A stretch of 64,000 bases of DNA from Ptychomitrium polyphyllum (taxonomy: Eukaryota): positions 9,238,001-9,302,000 of the forward strand of contig OZ316775.1 in the NCBI GenBank assembly GCA_973851085.1, given 5' to 3'. The notes under the pieces were generated by a model. The model searched no databases. It worked only from the letters and a program-made list of their open reading frames with translations, and had not been told where the DNA came from. Shown in pieces: positions 1-14,000 of this stretch. Position numbers and translations under genes: made by a program. The first letter of the stretch is position 1. Each line of letters opens with the position of its first letter.

Positions 1-35
1 CTGATGATATGGTATTTTTGAACGTTGTTTTCCAG

Positions 36-241
36 GTATGAGGAGGTACGAATACCTCGCACCAACAGGATTCAAGCTTTTGCAGCGGAAAAGACGGGCT
101 TGCCTGATTTCGTTCCTGAGTGCGTGCGCAATCTTCCTTCCGAAGAGCAGCGAATGAGTGACCTAGAGATTCAGCAATGGAACAGTATAATACCCAGAGG
201 GCATTTCTGGAGACCCAAATTCTACATACTGCAAACCATGA
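36..241 (+). CDS. 3' exon of an upstream gene, probably an FAD-dependent monooxygenase (partial; possible frameshift near 185)
   Basis: Acceptor ttttccag|G at 35/36. RYEEVRIPRTNRIQ resembles the C-terminal YExxRxxR helix of flavin monooxygenases. A second frame gives YPEGISGDPNSTYCKP* ending at 241, so the true end is uncertain. Confidence 0.4.
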
Positions 242-1014
242 TACTCTATACACGTGGTGTGTTACTTTTTCGCTTCAACACTAGTGAAATGCTTTTTTGA
301 TTGCAATTCCTTGTGATAGGGTACCAGGATGTTTAACTTGGCAGAAATATTAGTAAGAAAAGTTTGTGTGCCATTGAATATCAATGTATAAGCTTTGCAA
401 ATAGTCAAGGAATTTCCTCTTTCGAAAACGTGCAGGCCATGCAATATTTTACAACTGTGATCATGCCTATTGCCAAATTGCACTATGATTCAGTGCTAAA
501 ATCTTCTGTGTATGTTTACATTATAGCATTGGTATAAGGAAAAAATTGGCCGGTCGTTAGCATTTGAATTTCACATCTGTTGAAGAATATGTCTACTTCA
601 TTGTTTTGAATTTGCAGAAGGTTTTGTTGATGCAAGGTCCCAGAAGTTCGCGATAATTCTAGACCTCTTAGTGATCCGGGAAATTGAAATTCTTCATTTA
701 GCCCCATAATGCATCGATCCAGTGTCTTGGATCATATCGCAGTCATTAAAAGCAAAAAGCATCACCTCTGATGTGTTAAAGGTCAGTAGTATCAAAATAT
801 TCCACAAGAACACATAACTCATCCTGACAAATGAAAAACCTCAACACATCTTTTGAAATGTTTGATCGTTGAGCCACCTCGCTGGTTGTACTCAAAATTC
901 AAGCCACCCAAGTAAAATCCTAGATGTTGGTTCATCAAGATAAGTGGCTGGACGTTTAGCAGTCCGTGCAAGCGGTGCAAATTGTTGCATCTCACATCAT
1001 GACAACTGTCTAAG

Positions 1015-3638
1015 CTACTCAATGTTCCAATTTAAGGCTTGGCCTGCCCACATCGGCACAACTGCACCTGGTCCAAACCCATACTCTGTAGGCACATGCC
1101 AATTCTTTCTAATCAAGGTGGTTGTGTTGGAGTTTCTTGGGAGCCCATAGAAATCTGGTCCATTCAAACTTGCAAACCCTTCCAATTTATCAAGAGCACC
1201 AGCCTGCAAATATCAAATAGCGTCAAGATATTCTGTCATTCCTTGAGTGACACCGGACAGTTCGGAAACAATGGAAACAATAACGTACAAAGCGACTTGC
1301 GATTACAATAAGTTGTAAACAGAGTACGGAGTAACATGCATTGCGTACAAGACTTGCAAATAAGATATCTTTGGGCTATCAACAGCACGTTTGCAAACTC
1401 TCAAAATGATCTGTCACTTCTCTGATTCAGATGACATATAAAACCTTTAAGAAGCTTTTAATATGCAGTTGATATAGCACAGTAATTAAATGCTAAACAA
1501 GGCAAGTACCTGTTCAAATGCTTCTGCGTACAAGGGCAGAGCAATGGGAGCACTGAATATGCCTGCACACCCACAAGATGCTTCTTTCGCATGCCTCTCA
1601 TGAGGTGCACTATCTGTTCCCAGGAAGTACCGCTTGCTTCCACTTGTGACTGCTGCAACCAAGGCTCTTCCTACAGTCTCATCCCGAGATTAAAAATTAG
1701 GAACATTATGCAAGGGCTTATCTTATTAGTGAACGTGGAAAATATCGACCGTATGCAAGTGTCGAAACAAATTCGAAAGAGGTGATAACAAATTTGTCAT
1801 GCACTAAAAATGTAATACTTATATCTTGCTCAGGAATCGATGCCACATAGAACCGTAGAAGCAGATATGATCACTCACTATGAATCTCGCGCTTAAGCAC
1901 CGGAAGGCAGTAATTGTGAGGTTGGAGTCCTCCCTGAAATAGTGCATTTCTATTCATCAAAAGATGCTGTGGGGTAACTGTTGCTGCAACCATGCCTGTC
2001 ACAGGAATAACACATAGATTGAGAACCTTTCAACTTTCTAAAGATGGTGGCAGCTTGCTAGTATCCAAGAATGTGGTAGAAGAAGATATAAACACTAAGT
2101 TAGCCCTGAAAGATGATTAATAATATTAAGATTTCGTGCCTAGAGAACACAAAACCTTTTCAATGCGAAAACAATCTTCTAACAAAAAGTATACCTCGCT
2201 GAAAACCACAAAATGAAGCTCACATTTTCCAAAATCTTGAATATTAGTAAACGATAAGCATCAGAGTGTATTTAGAAACTACCATCAATATTAGACTCCA
2301 CAAACGCAACCGCGTCTTCAGTTGTGATGTGCTCCATCACTATCTTAAGCTTGGGAAGTTTCTTTCTTAGGGGGGTAAGTACAGTTTCAATGAACACTCT
2401 CTCTCGGTCGAAGATGTCCACCGTTTGATCCGCTACTTCTCCATGAACCTACAGCCATATCACCGAAATTTGATCAACTTAGAAAGGTATGAAATGCAAT
2501 GCAATAGTCTTGCATAAGTGGTCTATAATAGTTTGCTTTAGGCGTCTCTCATAGACGTTCACAGGCACCTCGTACATGCTCTTCAATAGAAAAGCATATA
2601 CTTCAAGTGAATCCACAGAATCCCTATTTCAGTTATTAGTTCCTTCTTCAGTTCTTAGTTGCGATGTGGATTTATTTGTAAACAAATTATTTACACCGTA
2701 ATACACTACATCTTCTGCCCTAGATAGACTGGAGAAGAACAAGAATGACAAGCTTACCAGTAAAGGCAAGCCCCGTTCAACCATCTCCTCAAGCACAGGC
2801 ATACACTTTCCAAACAAGTCAGTAACACCTGCTTGCGAGTTTGTGGTTGCTCCCGCTGGATACAATTTGACAGCTTTTACTAGCCCACTCTCACCTGTCA
2901 AGCCAACCCCCCTGCTGCTCCCTCAACGTCTGGCCACTTTTTCCCGCCCTTACACCGTTTATCAATTCAAGTCCCTGTATACAATATATCTTTCAAGTTA
3001 TGCACTTCATGTAAAGGAAACATTTGACACTTACTTGCATCCTTGATATCTTTCCTCGTCGTAACATCAGTCAAATAAAGAGTCATCAAGGGCTCAAATT
3101 CCACATTTGAGGGCAGAGCCTTCATGATGCGATCTCTATATGCTGTCGCCGAAGAAAGATCTGTAACTGGCGGTTTCAAATTGGGCATTATGATAGCTCT
3201 CCTGAAGATACCTGCACTGAAGAACCCATCCAGAACCCAAGAAGAATTCAATCCTCCGTTGAACATGCCCTGGAAAAAGCCAAGAACTTACCACTGAACA
3301 AAAACACAGGCATGATTGATTCTCTTCTGTTGCAATACACTGATGATACAGCAATCGCCCTCACTTCACATTCTTATTCACCTTAGAGGGGCAACCGCGG
3401 CGAGACCATCGCCATCCCGAAGATGGAGATGCCAGTCGTCTGGTTGGACAATCGTGAGGCGCTGGATGCCATCACTGTGACGGCTGCCTTCTTCCACGAC
3501 TGCCCCTGCTCCAGCTCCTACAACCGCGTTCATGACGACCAGCGTCCCCTTTCCGAATCCTCGAGACAAACCTTCCGATGGCACAATCGAGAACGAAGCT
3601 ACAAGAGCTTGCGGTGGTTTAAGCATCGTAGGAAGCAT
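1015..3638 (-). CDS. PYR4: Dihydroorotase (type II, PyrC-like) with N-terminal organellar targeting extension; 7 coding exons
   Basis: Exons with GT-AG ends: 3638-3382, 3216-3035, 2894-2758, 2448-2283, 1995-1879, 1670-1510, 1203-1015. Motifs [74 protein letters not shown]. Confidence 0.96.
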
Positions 3639-4777
3639 AATGCACTCGCCTTCGTCACCAGAGGAATATCCTTATTCGCTCGCAGTAGAATTACCCTTAA
3701 AGCATTGCAATCATGCTCAAAAGAATAGAAGGTGAATCAGATTCCTCCTAATCTCCAAACTCTGTCACTCTTCCGAAACCCTACCAAAACCCCCACCCGC
3801 CAAACCTTCAAAAGCCCTGCAAAAGCGCCACCATAACAACAACGTATTTCAACCTTTCGCCGACACCAAACCCTAAACCATCCTAAACTGCAACCTCAAT
3901 CACACAAACACGACAAGCGCCCTCCATTGCAGCACCATCACACCGCATGAACAAATCCATGGCTCATCCAAGCAGACAACCATCCACGTTAACCCTCAAA
4001 CTCTAAGTGAATCAAAACTCACGACGCGAAATACAACTCCGATGGAAACTGAATGCACCATGATACAAGCACAGAACAGAAACAGCAAGTACTCACTTAC
4101 TCTGGCAACCAGGCTCTCCATGCACTGCTTGCTTTGAGAGGTGACTTCTTTCGTTGCCTCCCTCGAAGAACAGAACATCCCCACACTTGCAAAATGATTT
4201 TGGACTCTCTGAGATTATGATTTTCATTCCCCCAAGATACCCACGAGTTCAAAATCTAGCTCCATTTTCGATTGGTTAAATCATATGCTGGTGGGATGGA
4301 CAATGTTCCCAGGTTTTGCGTTGCGCAAGGACCCGCCTTTGACTTCCCTACCACCGTCTCAGGACCAACCCTAACGCCGTGTCGACAGAAATTTCTAGCA
4401 AAGTATTCTTCGTTCTTTTTGTTGCGCAATCACGCACCGATTGGTTTGTCATAATTGATCCATAGTCGCCTACCAGCATACGAGGATGTAGCTTTCAACT
4501 TCAACTTCGGTAGCATATAGACATGAATTTTGGGTTGTGTGTTCGAATGGCAAAGAGGGGCTGCTCAGTGAAGTGATGGTGGGATCAGAATGGTTGTGTG
4601 TTTGTGGAGGGGCTTTGCGTGGGGTTGATGACCACGCATGCGGCTCTGAGGGCCAGTTTACAGGGAACCCGTGATGTGGGGAGGGTTATGTTGAATGGAA
4701 AGAGATGCATCGTTTTCTTATGTCTGGGGATGAGGGTTGCGACATGAAGGGTGCAGGAGCTCAGATGAGTGTCGACG
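3639..4777. promoter_or_regulatory. Shared divergent promoter/5'UTR region of the dihydroorotase and ICME genes
   Basis: Head-to-head ATGs about 1.1 kb apart. Telo-box AAACCCTAAA near 3868; CCAAT/ATTGG boxes near 4271 and 4440; probable 5'UTR donor on the minus strand near 4095. Confidence 0.5.
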
Positions 4778-7700
4778 ATGGTTTTTTCTGTGGATGCGAA
4801 GAATGATAGGCTGCCGTTAGCGGAGCCGCAGGAGATGGAAGTGGGCAATGTGAGTCGTCTCCCAGGTCGCGGGATCGGGCCCGCGTACACGCAGCTGGCG
4901 CATGAGGGCAGTGGGGAGATTGTGGTGGAGACGGTCGTGAATGTCGAGGAGCTTCTTAGAAACCGACATTTCTCGCCGGATGGAGGTGCATCTGCGGTAT
5001 GTGGAATCATTTTCGAGTTCTGTACGTTTCATTAGAACTGGCATGTAGTTGAATTGACAAGCGATAGTGGTCAGCTCACACCTGAGTTGACGAGGGCTTC
5101 CTTTCTGAATGGGTTCCTTTCTTTTCGGGAAATCATATGGACGATCCATAAGGTTAGAAAATGCGACGCTCTTCTGGTCATTTTGATCGTCTGAGACAAC
5201 GGTCGAATCCAAGTGCTAGGAGACTAAGAGGTTAACAGCGATGTTCGGAGATTTTTATCTTAGCCTATAATGAATGGCTACGTAATACTGTTTTCTTTCT
5301 GCATTTGTAACTTCGGAGGCCTCTTGACGCAACCGCGGGCCAGCTTTAGCTTCGAGCTGAAGAGTTCCTGAAGTCTACTGTGCACACTTTCAGCCGTTGA
5401 GTTCTTACAAGTGTGTTATATGATTGAGCAGAGCCCTCATGCTGAAGGGGAGTGTGGATCTTTCTCGGATCCTTCTCTTGAACGACAAGCTTCAGTGAGG
5501 CAGATGTTGACTGATGAACTACAGCATGTTGCTTCTGAAACTTGGTTGATTACACGGCTCTCATTGAGTCTTCTGAGGTTTCTTGGGTAGGTCTTTGGTT
5601 TCGCTATGAATCTGAACTCTTCTGCTTAATCACGACATGTCTGTTGTTTTCAACTTTTAGTGTCATTGTCTTCTATATGTTTTTACCTCCCTCATTGTTG
5701 ATATCAAGTTTATATTCCATTCATTTATTGTTAATCAAGGCATGGGCGTGCGTTGTGGGAATCAACGCATGTAATATAGACACCGCTATTTTGAAGTTAC
5801 TTCTGATTGCTCGTATATTATAATGTTTTCGTTTTCTGTCATCGACTCGAATGTTGATTTTGGAAGTAATACACCAACCTGTGGCGATTCTATTTGGCAG
5901 CGTTGGGACCCGATGGATTGGAAAATTCTTACGATTAGCTCTTTATGCCATGTTTCTGCTGCCTGGCTTCATCCAGGGTATATGCCCTTATTACTCCTTT
6001 GATCTCATGTTCTTTATGATACAATTCATCTACGTTGTGTTCAAGCATGCATCATTTCAATTTTGCGTTAGACTTTTCAACTGCTTATTGGTCATTGCAT
6101 ATGTTGTGTGCTGATGAAATATATTTGACTGAAATAATTTGTCTTGATATAAGTACTACAGTGGTTGAAACAAGGATGAAGATTTCCCATTTTAGTCATG
6201 ATTTCATTGACGCTCCATCCCAAGACGCTGAAATGTATTATTCTGGTCTAAAGACAATCGAATAGGAGGGAATCACTTTGGATAATTTACAATGGAAGTC
6301 TGTTGTCTAATCCAAAATTTTCTACCGCTTTGCAGTCGGATATTATTATTTTTTCTCGAAGAGTATCCAGCGCAGCCTGGTGTATGGGGACCATCCGCGC
6401 AACAGGTAAATCGATTCTCATCTTAAGACGATACAAATGTGCGTATTATGCAATTACTTCCAAGGTTGACAAATTGTTGCGGTTAAGTTCTGTCGCATTG
6501 TGATTCACAAATTTTTAAGACCAATATGTGCTTATCCGTGAGAATGATGGACAGGTTTGATTTGTATCTACCAGCAGTCGGACACAAATTGGGACAGGCA
6601 CAGATAGGACCTGTAGCGGTGCACATACCGAGACCTGCAGTGATCTTTATTACTGGAGGTGCTTGGGTTATTGGGTGCGACTGCTTCTCGAAACTTTCTT
6701 ATTGGATTCTTTTTGAATCGTTGGTCCTCTGCCTGGAATGTACTAAGGGGACTCTGGGGTGGTCTTGTTAGGTACAAGGCGTGGGGTGCGTTACTAGCAA
6801 GGCAGCTGGTTGAACGGAACATTATTGTGACCTGCATTGATTACAGGTCATCGTCTTATTCTTCCTTTCTACATAGTGTTGGTGCATATTCTACACCACC
6901 TGACTTTGGAAGGAAATAGCTCTTGGTCGGTCATCGCATTCCGAGGAGTGTCTCATTTATATGAGTTTATATGTTCAATAATCTGGAAGATGAATAACTT
7001 GGAATCCATTCGCACTGCAATTTTTATTGGTATAGAGCGTGGTCATGTTCGGAGTCTCATACAGCACTGGATATTCTGCAGGAATTTTCCTCAAGGCTGC
7101 ATTAGTGACATGGTATCAGATGTTTCTAAAGGAATTGGCCACGTTTGTCAGAACATTGAAAGTTGGGGTGGAGATCCAAACAAGTAAGGTCACCATTTTA
7201 TCTCAGGTGGCGTTAGATTTCTGGCATGAATGAGGAATTTTCAAAATCTGGCAACCGATTGAACGTACTGAAAAGAATGATGAAGAGAATGTCGATAGAG
7301 TGTACGAGTCTTCTTGCTTCATCAAATTGGATGTCTACACACAGCTGGGAAGCTCTTATAGTCTGTTGGGATGCTTGAGCAGAATATATTTAGCAGGTCA
7401 ATCTGCTGGTGCACACCTGGGAGCGTGTGCATTGTTGATTCAAGCAAAGAAGCAAAGAAGGAGCGAAGAAGCATCGGAAGGACCTGCTGGACTAACTTGG
7501 AAGGCATCTCAAATGAATGCCTACTTCGCTCTTTCAGGAGGGTTAGTTGGCATAAAATGAAACTCCCGATATACATTCTGATTTACGGAGGATTAGGTTT
7601 GTTGTTACTTAAACTGTACAGGTCTGTCGAAGCTTCTTAGATGAATTGGGTTTTTGTTGGAATACCAGTCCATAAATCTACTACCTCAATATGGATTTCT

Positions 7701-9013
7701 CTTCTAGAGGCTCCCTTCAGAGTTTGTGCCAACGTATTTACCCCGGACTTTGAAGGTGAGTCAGCTTGTGGATTCACAAAACACATGGGTTTTTTTCGGA
7801 ACAGGTACAATCTGATGAGTCTTATGGAACATTTCAATAGGCGCGGTTTATACAAATCAATGTTTTTGAGGTATTACGATCCTGCAACCCTTAGAAGGTC
7901 TCGTTTTAATGGTAGAATTCCTTAATTTGATGATGTTCTGGTGCTTACATTGCTATTCGACCAAACTTGCTGATATAGTTGAGTGAGATCAAAGAATGGA
8001 CAAAAATTCTGGGATAATGATTGTACCTGATCTGAATTGCAGAATCATGGAGGGTGAGGAGTCATTGCCGTCATATTCTCCAGAATGCATTACTAGAAGT
8101 TCGTCCTTTAGGGATGCAGTGCCTCTACTCCCTCCAATCATTTTGTTTCATGGAAAAGCCGATTATTCAATTCCTTATGAGGCCAGGTATTCTCTTCACG
8201 CACGCATAAATTCATAGTTATATGGAGAGCTAACTTGCTTCATGATTCTGCAATTTATGAATTCTCAAAACGAGCAACCTTTTCTCTTTCCAAAGTTTAT
8301 CTACCTTGGTAACTTTTGGCTTGCCTACCTGCTCGCCAAGTCAATCATAATCTTCCAGTTTGAAGCAACGCTCTGGGGAAGTCATAGTTAAGTCACAGTT
8401 GCTGATAGACTTGCATGAGGCTTTCATTAAACTCATCCCCATGAAGTGTCTCAAAGTGTTTTTTTGGAATTGAGTTTATTTGTCTGGTGTTAGGGTATTG
8501 GAGTTGAACCTATTGCATCGCTGTAAATCTCATCCCTGGATGTGACAAATCTAAAGTTAAATGTTTTCTCGTTCCTCGGTAAAAACGGATGTGTTGTATG
8601 CAGCGTTCAGTTTGAGGAAGCCCTTCAGTCGGTAGGGGCAACAGTTACAACTAAGTTGTACCCAGACAAAACACACACAGATTTATTTCTTCAGGTATGT
8701 GAGTGGTTATTCGTCTCAGTTTGCAGCTTTCAAATCTAATTCTTGAATAAGGATGCCTGGATGATCTTTGAAGTAATGGTGCTTACAATGTAACGTTCAG
8801 GAGAGGACGTATCTGCTCTTTGATATGCATGTGAATGATTTTGAAATGCAGGATCCCATGCGAGGAGGGAGAATCGACTTGTTAGCAGATCTATTGGCAG
8901 TGATTCATGCAGATGATGCAGATGAGCTAGCCGAAGATGCAGTAGCCATGATGCGTCCTCGGATGGTCCCTGAATGTCTATTACAACTTGCACGGTGGGT
9001 CAGCCCGTTCTGA
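4778..9013 (+). CDS. ICME: Isoprenylcysteine alpha-carbonyl methylesterase (alpha/beta hydrolase), multi-exon
   Basis: Exon peptides [90 protein letters not shown] (nucleophile), [46 protein letters not shown] boundaries. Confidence 0.93.
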
Positions 9014-9639
9014 AGGTGGCGACGAGTCTGTTCAAAACTGAGACGCCTCCCCTTACAAAGAGGATGACCCTAGAAGTCACCTTCTGAAAGTGGCTCCGCA
9101 AACTACAGGATAACCGCATGTATGGTCTCCACCGAATGAGGTAGTCAAGTGTCTAAATGATACCAATATCTTGAGTGGAATTTGAGTCGTTATCACTTTT
9201 GTGACGTGATTTTCCATCTCGGATTTGAGTGTCATTGCATCTGCAAAGTAGAAACAGCAGTGCGAAGAATCAGATCATAGAGCTGAAGTGTTTTGTCACA
9301 GATCTTCGGATTTAACACAAGACTTTATTCTTACGAGCTTATATTGGATGTCTGTGTCAGAAGTAGGTTCTACAGAGCAGATAGCCTTAGATTTCCATGC
9401 TTATGTATGTACATGTGGTACTTGCAACTTTCTACAGATGATATTCAAGTCACAGGAGAATAGATGATAACATCTCGAGACCATCAAGAAGTGCTATATG
9501 TTCATTCTTTGAGAAGACATTTGAAATTAGTTACAGGTATCAATCTATATCGATAGTATTGTGCTGCAAGTTGTGTACCCTAGTGATATGTAAGTAAGGG
9601 GTCGTTGCTTCTAAGAGTTCTTGAAGGGGGTCGGTCTGA

Positions 9640-10100
9640 CATTAAGCAGATGACAAATAGCATCTCCTGTGCCTGTAAATGTATTGATGTGTAAATACAG
9701 ATTGCTTTATACATAGATTGAATAACATAACCATCATCAAATTTGTAGTAAACAAAATTAAATGAGAATGTATAATAAATAGACCTTCAAGGAACAAAAA
9801 AGAAATCATAATGTAAAAATTATCTTTCACTTTATAAGAAAAAATTCAAGAATGTAGGTGTATGAAGAAATCAAAGGCTTTATTAAATGTTTGCACTACC
9901 ATTTCCAAGCAAACCTTACATATGGTCTATCTCTTGAATTACATTTTTAGAACAATTATAATGATTTCTTTACTTTGGATGTTGATTGGAGGTTTAATTT
10001 AAAATCATTAAAATGGACCAGCAAAATCATTCAAAGTCTTGGAATTAGACCCAAGGGCTAGACCACAAAATCTCATGTCATTAAAGTTCCTATATGCCAA
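9640..10100. repeat. AT-rich non-coding block, possible decayed transposon fragment
   Basis: Abrupt drop in GC with no credible ORF, between the ICME 3' region and the NLR locus. Confidence 0.3.
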
Positions 10101-11071
10101 CTCCAAGGTGCCCTATCCCACCTCTCGAAAATGTTATATCTCATGTATGACATACGAACTACTTAAACTCATTCACATTCTCGCTTGAAGGTCCATCCAT
10201 ACTAACCCGGCCCAACACAGAACTGCACAGGTAGGAAACCGAAGCACGCTGCCAGCATTAACGGCATGTCACTCTGTTGCGACAACACAGTTTGCAAGTT
10301 TGTATGGAATGTGGCAGAACAACATCTTCTGGCCAGAGGTGCTCTTATGGTCACTGCCTTCGTCTCTGATTCTGCGGCTTTTCTAACTTAGTCTAATCTT
10401 TGTGAAGAGCTCTAGAAAGGGTGTAGTCGGGATTGGTTCCTCACTGCCGCCAACGTGTGGGCGTCACCTGCTCCCAACCCCATCTGCTGGGGTTTGGCGG
10501 AGTGCTTCTTGTGACTCGTGAGTCGTTTGAGGTGCGGTCCGTGGAGAGCAGCCCGGAGGATGAGAATGACACGTTTGTTGATGGTATCGCATGTATCATG
10601 GTCGAACCGTTCCTGCAGAAGTGAACATTTCGACGCGAAGGTCAGTTCATAGAGATGGAGCATGATTCGTTTGGTAATGGCTTATAGGAATGGGTCGCTG
10701 ACCTGATTGATGAACATCAGTGTAGATCAGCGGATAGTATGTGGTAGTGTCAGTGTGTGCTGGAGCTCATACCTTGGGTGATACCGACGCCATGACCAAT
10801 GTCAACAGTGATGGCAGGCGCAGGGAGCTGGCCGCGAAATGCTGAGGGGAAGCTTGATCTGAGCCGAAAAGGCATCCTCTGTTGGATTATGTTAGTCACG
10901 ATTCGCTGTGGGGTTGGATGTCCTGTCTAGTGAATTACGGTAGTCGACGCCTCTGAGACGAACGCAGCAGCCTATTCGGGGAAGGTTGCATGAGGTCTGC
11001 TCCGGTATTCCGATCTTCGAAAGCAACCGTTCTATAGACCGTTGCTGGCAGATCAAGCCTCCCATCACGCA

Positions 11072-14000
11072 ATGAAGAAGAACCGGAAGAAGCGCAAGGT
11101 GGCCAACCGGCAGGTGCAGGAGAGGGTCAATGGTGATTCGGAAACCACTCAGGGCATCATCAGCCCAAAATCTGATGCTGTTGGCCCATCTGATCAGACC
11201 AGGTATGTCCCGTCGTTGATTTGCATCATGCTCAGAGCGGACTTCACATGTTCTGGTCGCTGCGCTTGTCGGCCATTTGCTAAGGATGTGAGCACTTTGT
11301 TTTCGGCAATCATGGGTTGTGGCATTTCTAGGGAGCCGTGCGTGGAGCTCGCTGAACCGTGTCTGGAACCGAAGCACAAGATATTCCTGAGCCGCAGCGG
11401 GGCTCAGAAGGCCTTTGTAGAGCGCCTGAGGGAGAGACTGGAGGCAGTGCAGCACTTTGCGTTCTTCGACAAGCGGGACGTTAGTCTGCGCAAGGGCGAG
11501 AGATTTTACCCTCCGTTAATGAAGGCGGCCAGAGAATGTCGTGTTGCGGTGTTGGTGCTGTCAAACGATATCTTCACCAGCTCCAAGTGGCCGATGATGG
11601 AAGTGAAGGAGTTCTGTGTGGCACAAGCAAAGGACAACCCAGGCCTGAAGATACTGCCTCTTTTCTTCAAGATATCAAGGAAAGAGTTCAATGAAAGAGA
11701 GAGTGGGATGGACTGGGAGGCTGTATGGCAGGTTGTATGGCAGGGCCTCAAAAGGGACGATGATTCGATTAACGTAGCTGAATGGAAGGATGCGTTGTCA
11801 AGGATCCGAGGCAATAACGGGTTGCAATATGGTGAAGAGACAGAAGGAGAGACAGAAGGAGAGTCAGAGTTCATCAAGAAAGTGGTGGCAGCCGTGTGCA
11901 GATTGTTGCCCCCGGACGTGAAGTGGGATGTGTCGCATATTCAGTCCATGGAGCAGTTGTGTGAGGTGTGGATCAAATTGTCTGTGGCCTGGAATCATCC
12001 TCGTAGACTTGAATGTTCTATTGGACTTTCGTGCAGGAGGCTCACACAGCTTAGGACCTAACTGGGATAAGAGTCCGTGTTGTGGGAATGAGGCTTGTGC
12101 ACCTCCGGAAGTGGAACTGAAGTTTGTTCGGAATGTGGCATGAGTGGAAGCACACATGGAGTGTGACGGAGTGGGATTGAAAGTTGTGGTGTCGTAAATT
12201 GGAACCGAAAGTGAATGCTTAGCACTTGTGTGTGAGAACGAGATGATATGCACGTAGTCTTGGGGTATAGCGGCAGTTTTATCCCATTGGATTGTCGGCA
12301 TTTCAAAATTGTGGAAGTGTATGAACTTGTGGAGATGACGTCTGGGAGTGGTTGGTACAGTGATCGAAACGGGTTCCTGCATGTTAGATGTGTTCGTAGT
12401 CGATGCTAGGGTCTGCTCACTGGGTGGCACTGATGTGCTGTTTTGGGCAGCCAATATTGAATAAGTTGGAGGCTGTACGATCCGACAGATACAAGGTTCC
12501 AGTGGTGGGTTTGTACGGGATGGGAGGCGTTGGAAAGAGCACCATTTCAAGGGCTGTTTGCAACCAAGTGTTTGGAGAATTTGCTGGAAAAGTTTGCCAT
12601 GTGGAGTTGGGTAGCAGGGCACGAAGTGACCTGCTGAAGAGCGTGCTGCGAGAACTGACAGAGGCCAGTCCCGAGATTCTGGTATACGAACGCGAGAAGG
12701 TAATTGTTCCAGTTCGGGTGTATTGAAGTCGTGAGAAAGAGGTCAGTGTCTGTTTAGTCGCAAATTAGATGCTATGGACGTTGTTGTGGCCTGGCTTGCA
12801 GATTGATGTCGGTAGTACGTCTGAGTTCCACACGTGAGACTTTCGTTGACATTCCAGTATGTGGATGGCACTTTGGTAAGCTGGTTTATCTGTTGAAGCA
12901 GCGTATGCGTCTGCAAAGAGTGTTCCTAGTCGTTGACAACTTGTGGGACGAGGACATTGAAGAATTTAAAACATATTTGAACGCCGGGTACAGAGATGGC
13001 AGCATGGTGCTGGTGACAGCACGGTCTGCAGAGGTTCTGAGCAATGGACTTCACATTGGGAACAGGATTGTATGGAGATGCAAGTTTGAAGGAGGATGGT
13101 GCAACTGATGTGTTTCTCCAGTACAGTGGACATTCCAGAGGGTCTGTCAGGGATGAGAAAGAGTGGGAAATTGTGAGAAGATGCGTCCAGGAATGTTGTT
13201 TCGTAACGGAGGTGGAACCAAAGGGATTGGGGCGGCGCTATGGAGAGCAATCTGGTCATCATCCTTTGGCACTGAAGGCCTTGGGGAGCGAGGTAGGGAG
13301 TATTGGCATCTGGAGATGGGGTGAAAGTCTCGGGAAGGTGGCCGCTAACAAGGTGAAAATGTTGAAAGACAGTGCACATCTTGTCTTTTCAGTTCTGAGA
13401 CTAGGATACGACGCACTGTGTGTGGAGGACCAGCTGATGTTTCTGGACCTGGCTCTAGTTGTGCGTCGGGATTGGATGGGCTTTTACCCTTGTCGCTTTG
13501 AGGGTGAGTGGTTGCGCACGATTCATAGGATTGGGACTACAGCTGACATGGAGCAAAGTGCAAGTCCGTACTCTGTGCTATGACATCCTTAGAGAGACAA
13601 TTGTAGCAAAGTGAGGAATTGTCATGCTTGCTAGTGAGTCAGAATAAGTGTGAAGTTTACGAAATGGCCGAGAGAGGGAACATTAGAGGTGTGTGAAAGG
13701 ATGATCTTGTTTGCATGGTATAAGATGATAGAGTTGCGAAAGGTTCGGGTTTGATTGCACGTTGGCGGCTTGACGAGAGTAGCTGGTGGTGATCAGAAGA
13801 GTAATATCAGGCGTGGTGGTAGTTTGATGGTCGCATGGATCGGTGACACTTTGTGTTTGGCGATGGCCATTGCACGGACGTACATGTGTGTTGTAGTGGA
13901 ACCTGACGGTGCCCTGTTTGTGATTCTAGGTGAAGGGTCATCTGAGGAAGGGGCTCCTTGAGAGAGTTTCTGACAACGCGGAGTTGGATTATAGTATTCA

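Noticed and set aside
11720..11870. 12-bp micro-duplications in the TIR exon (AVWQVVWQ; EETEGETEGESE)
   Set aside because: Ordinary in-frame slippage events.
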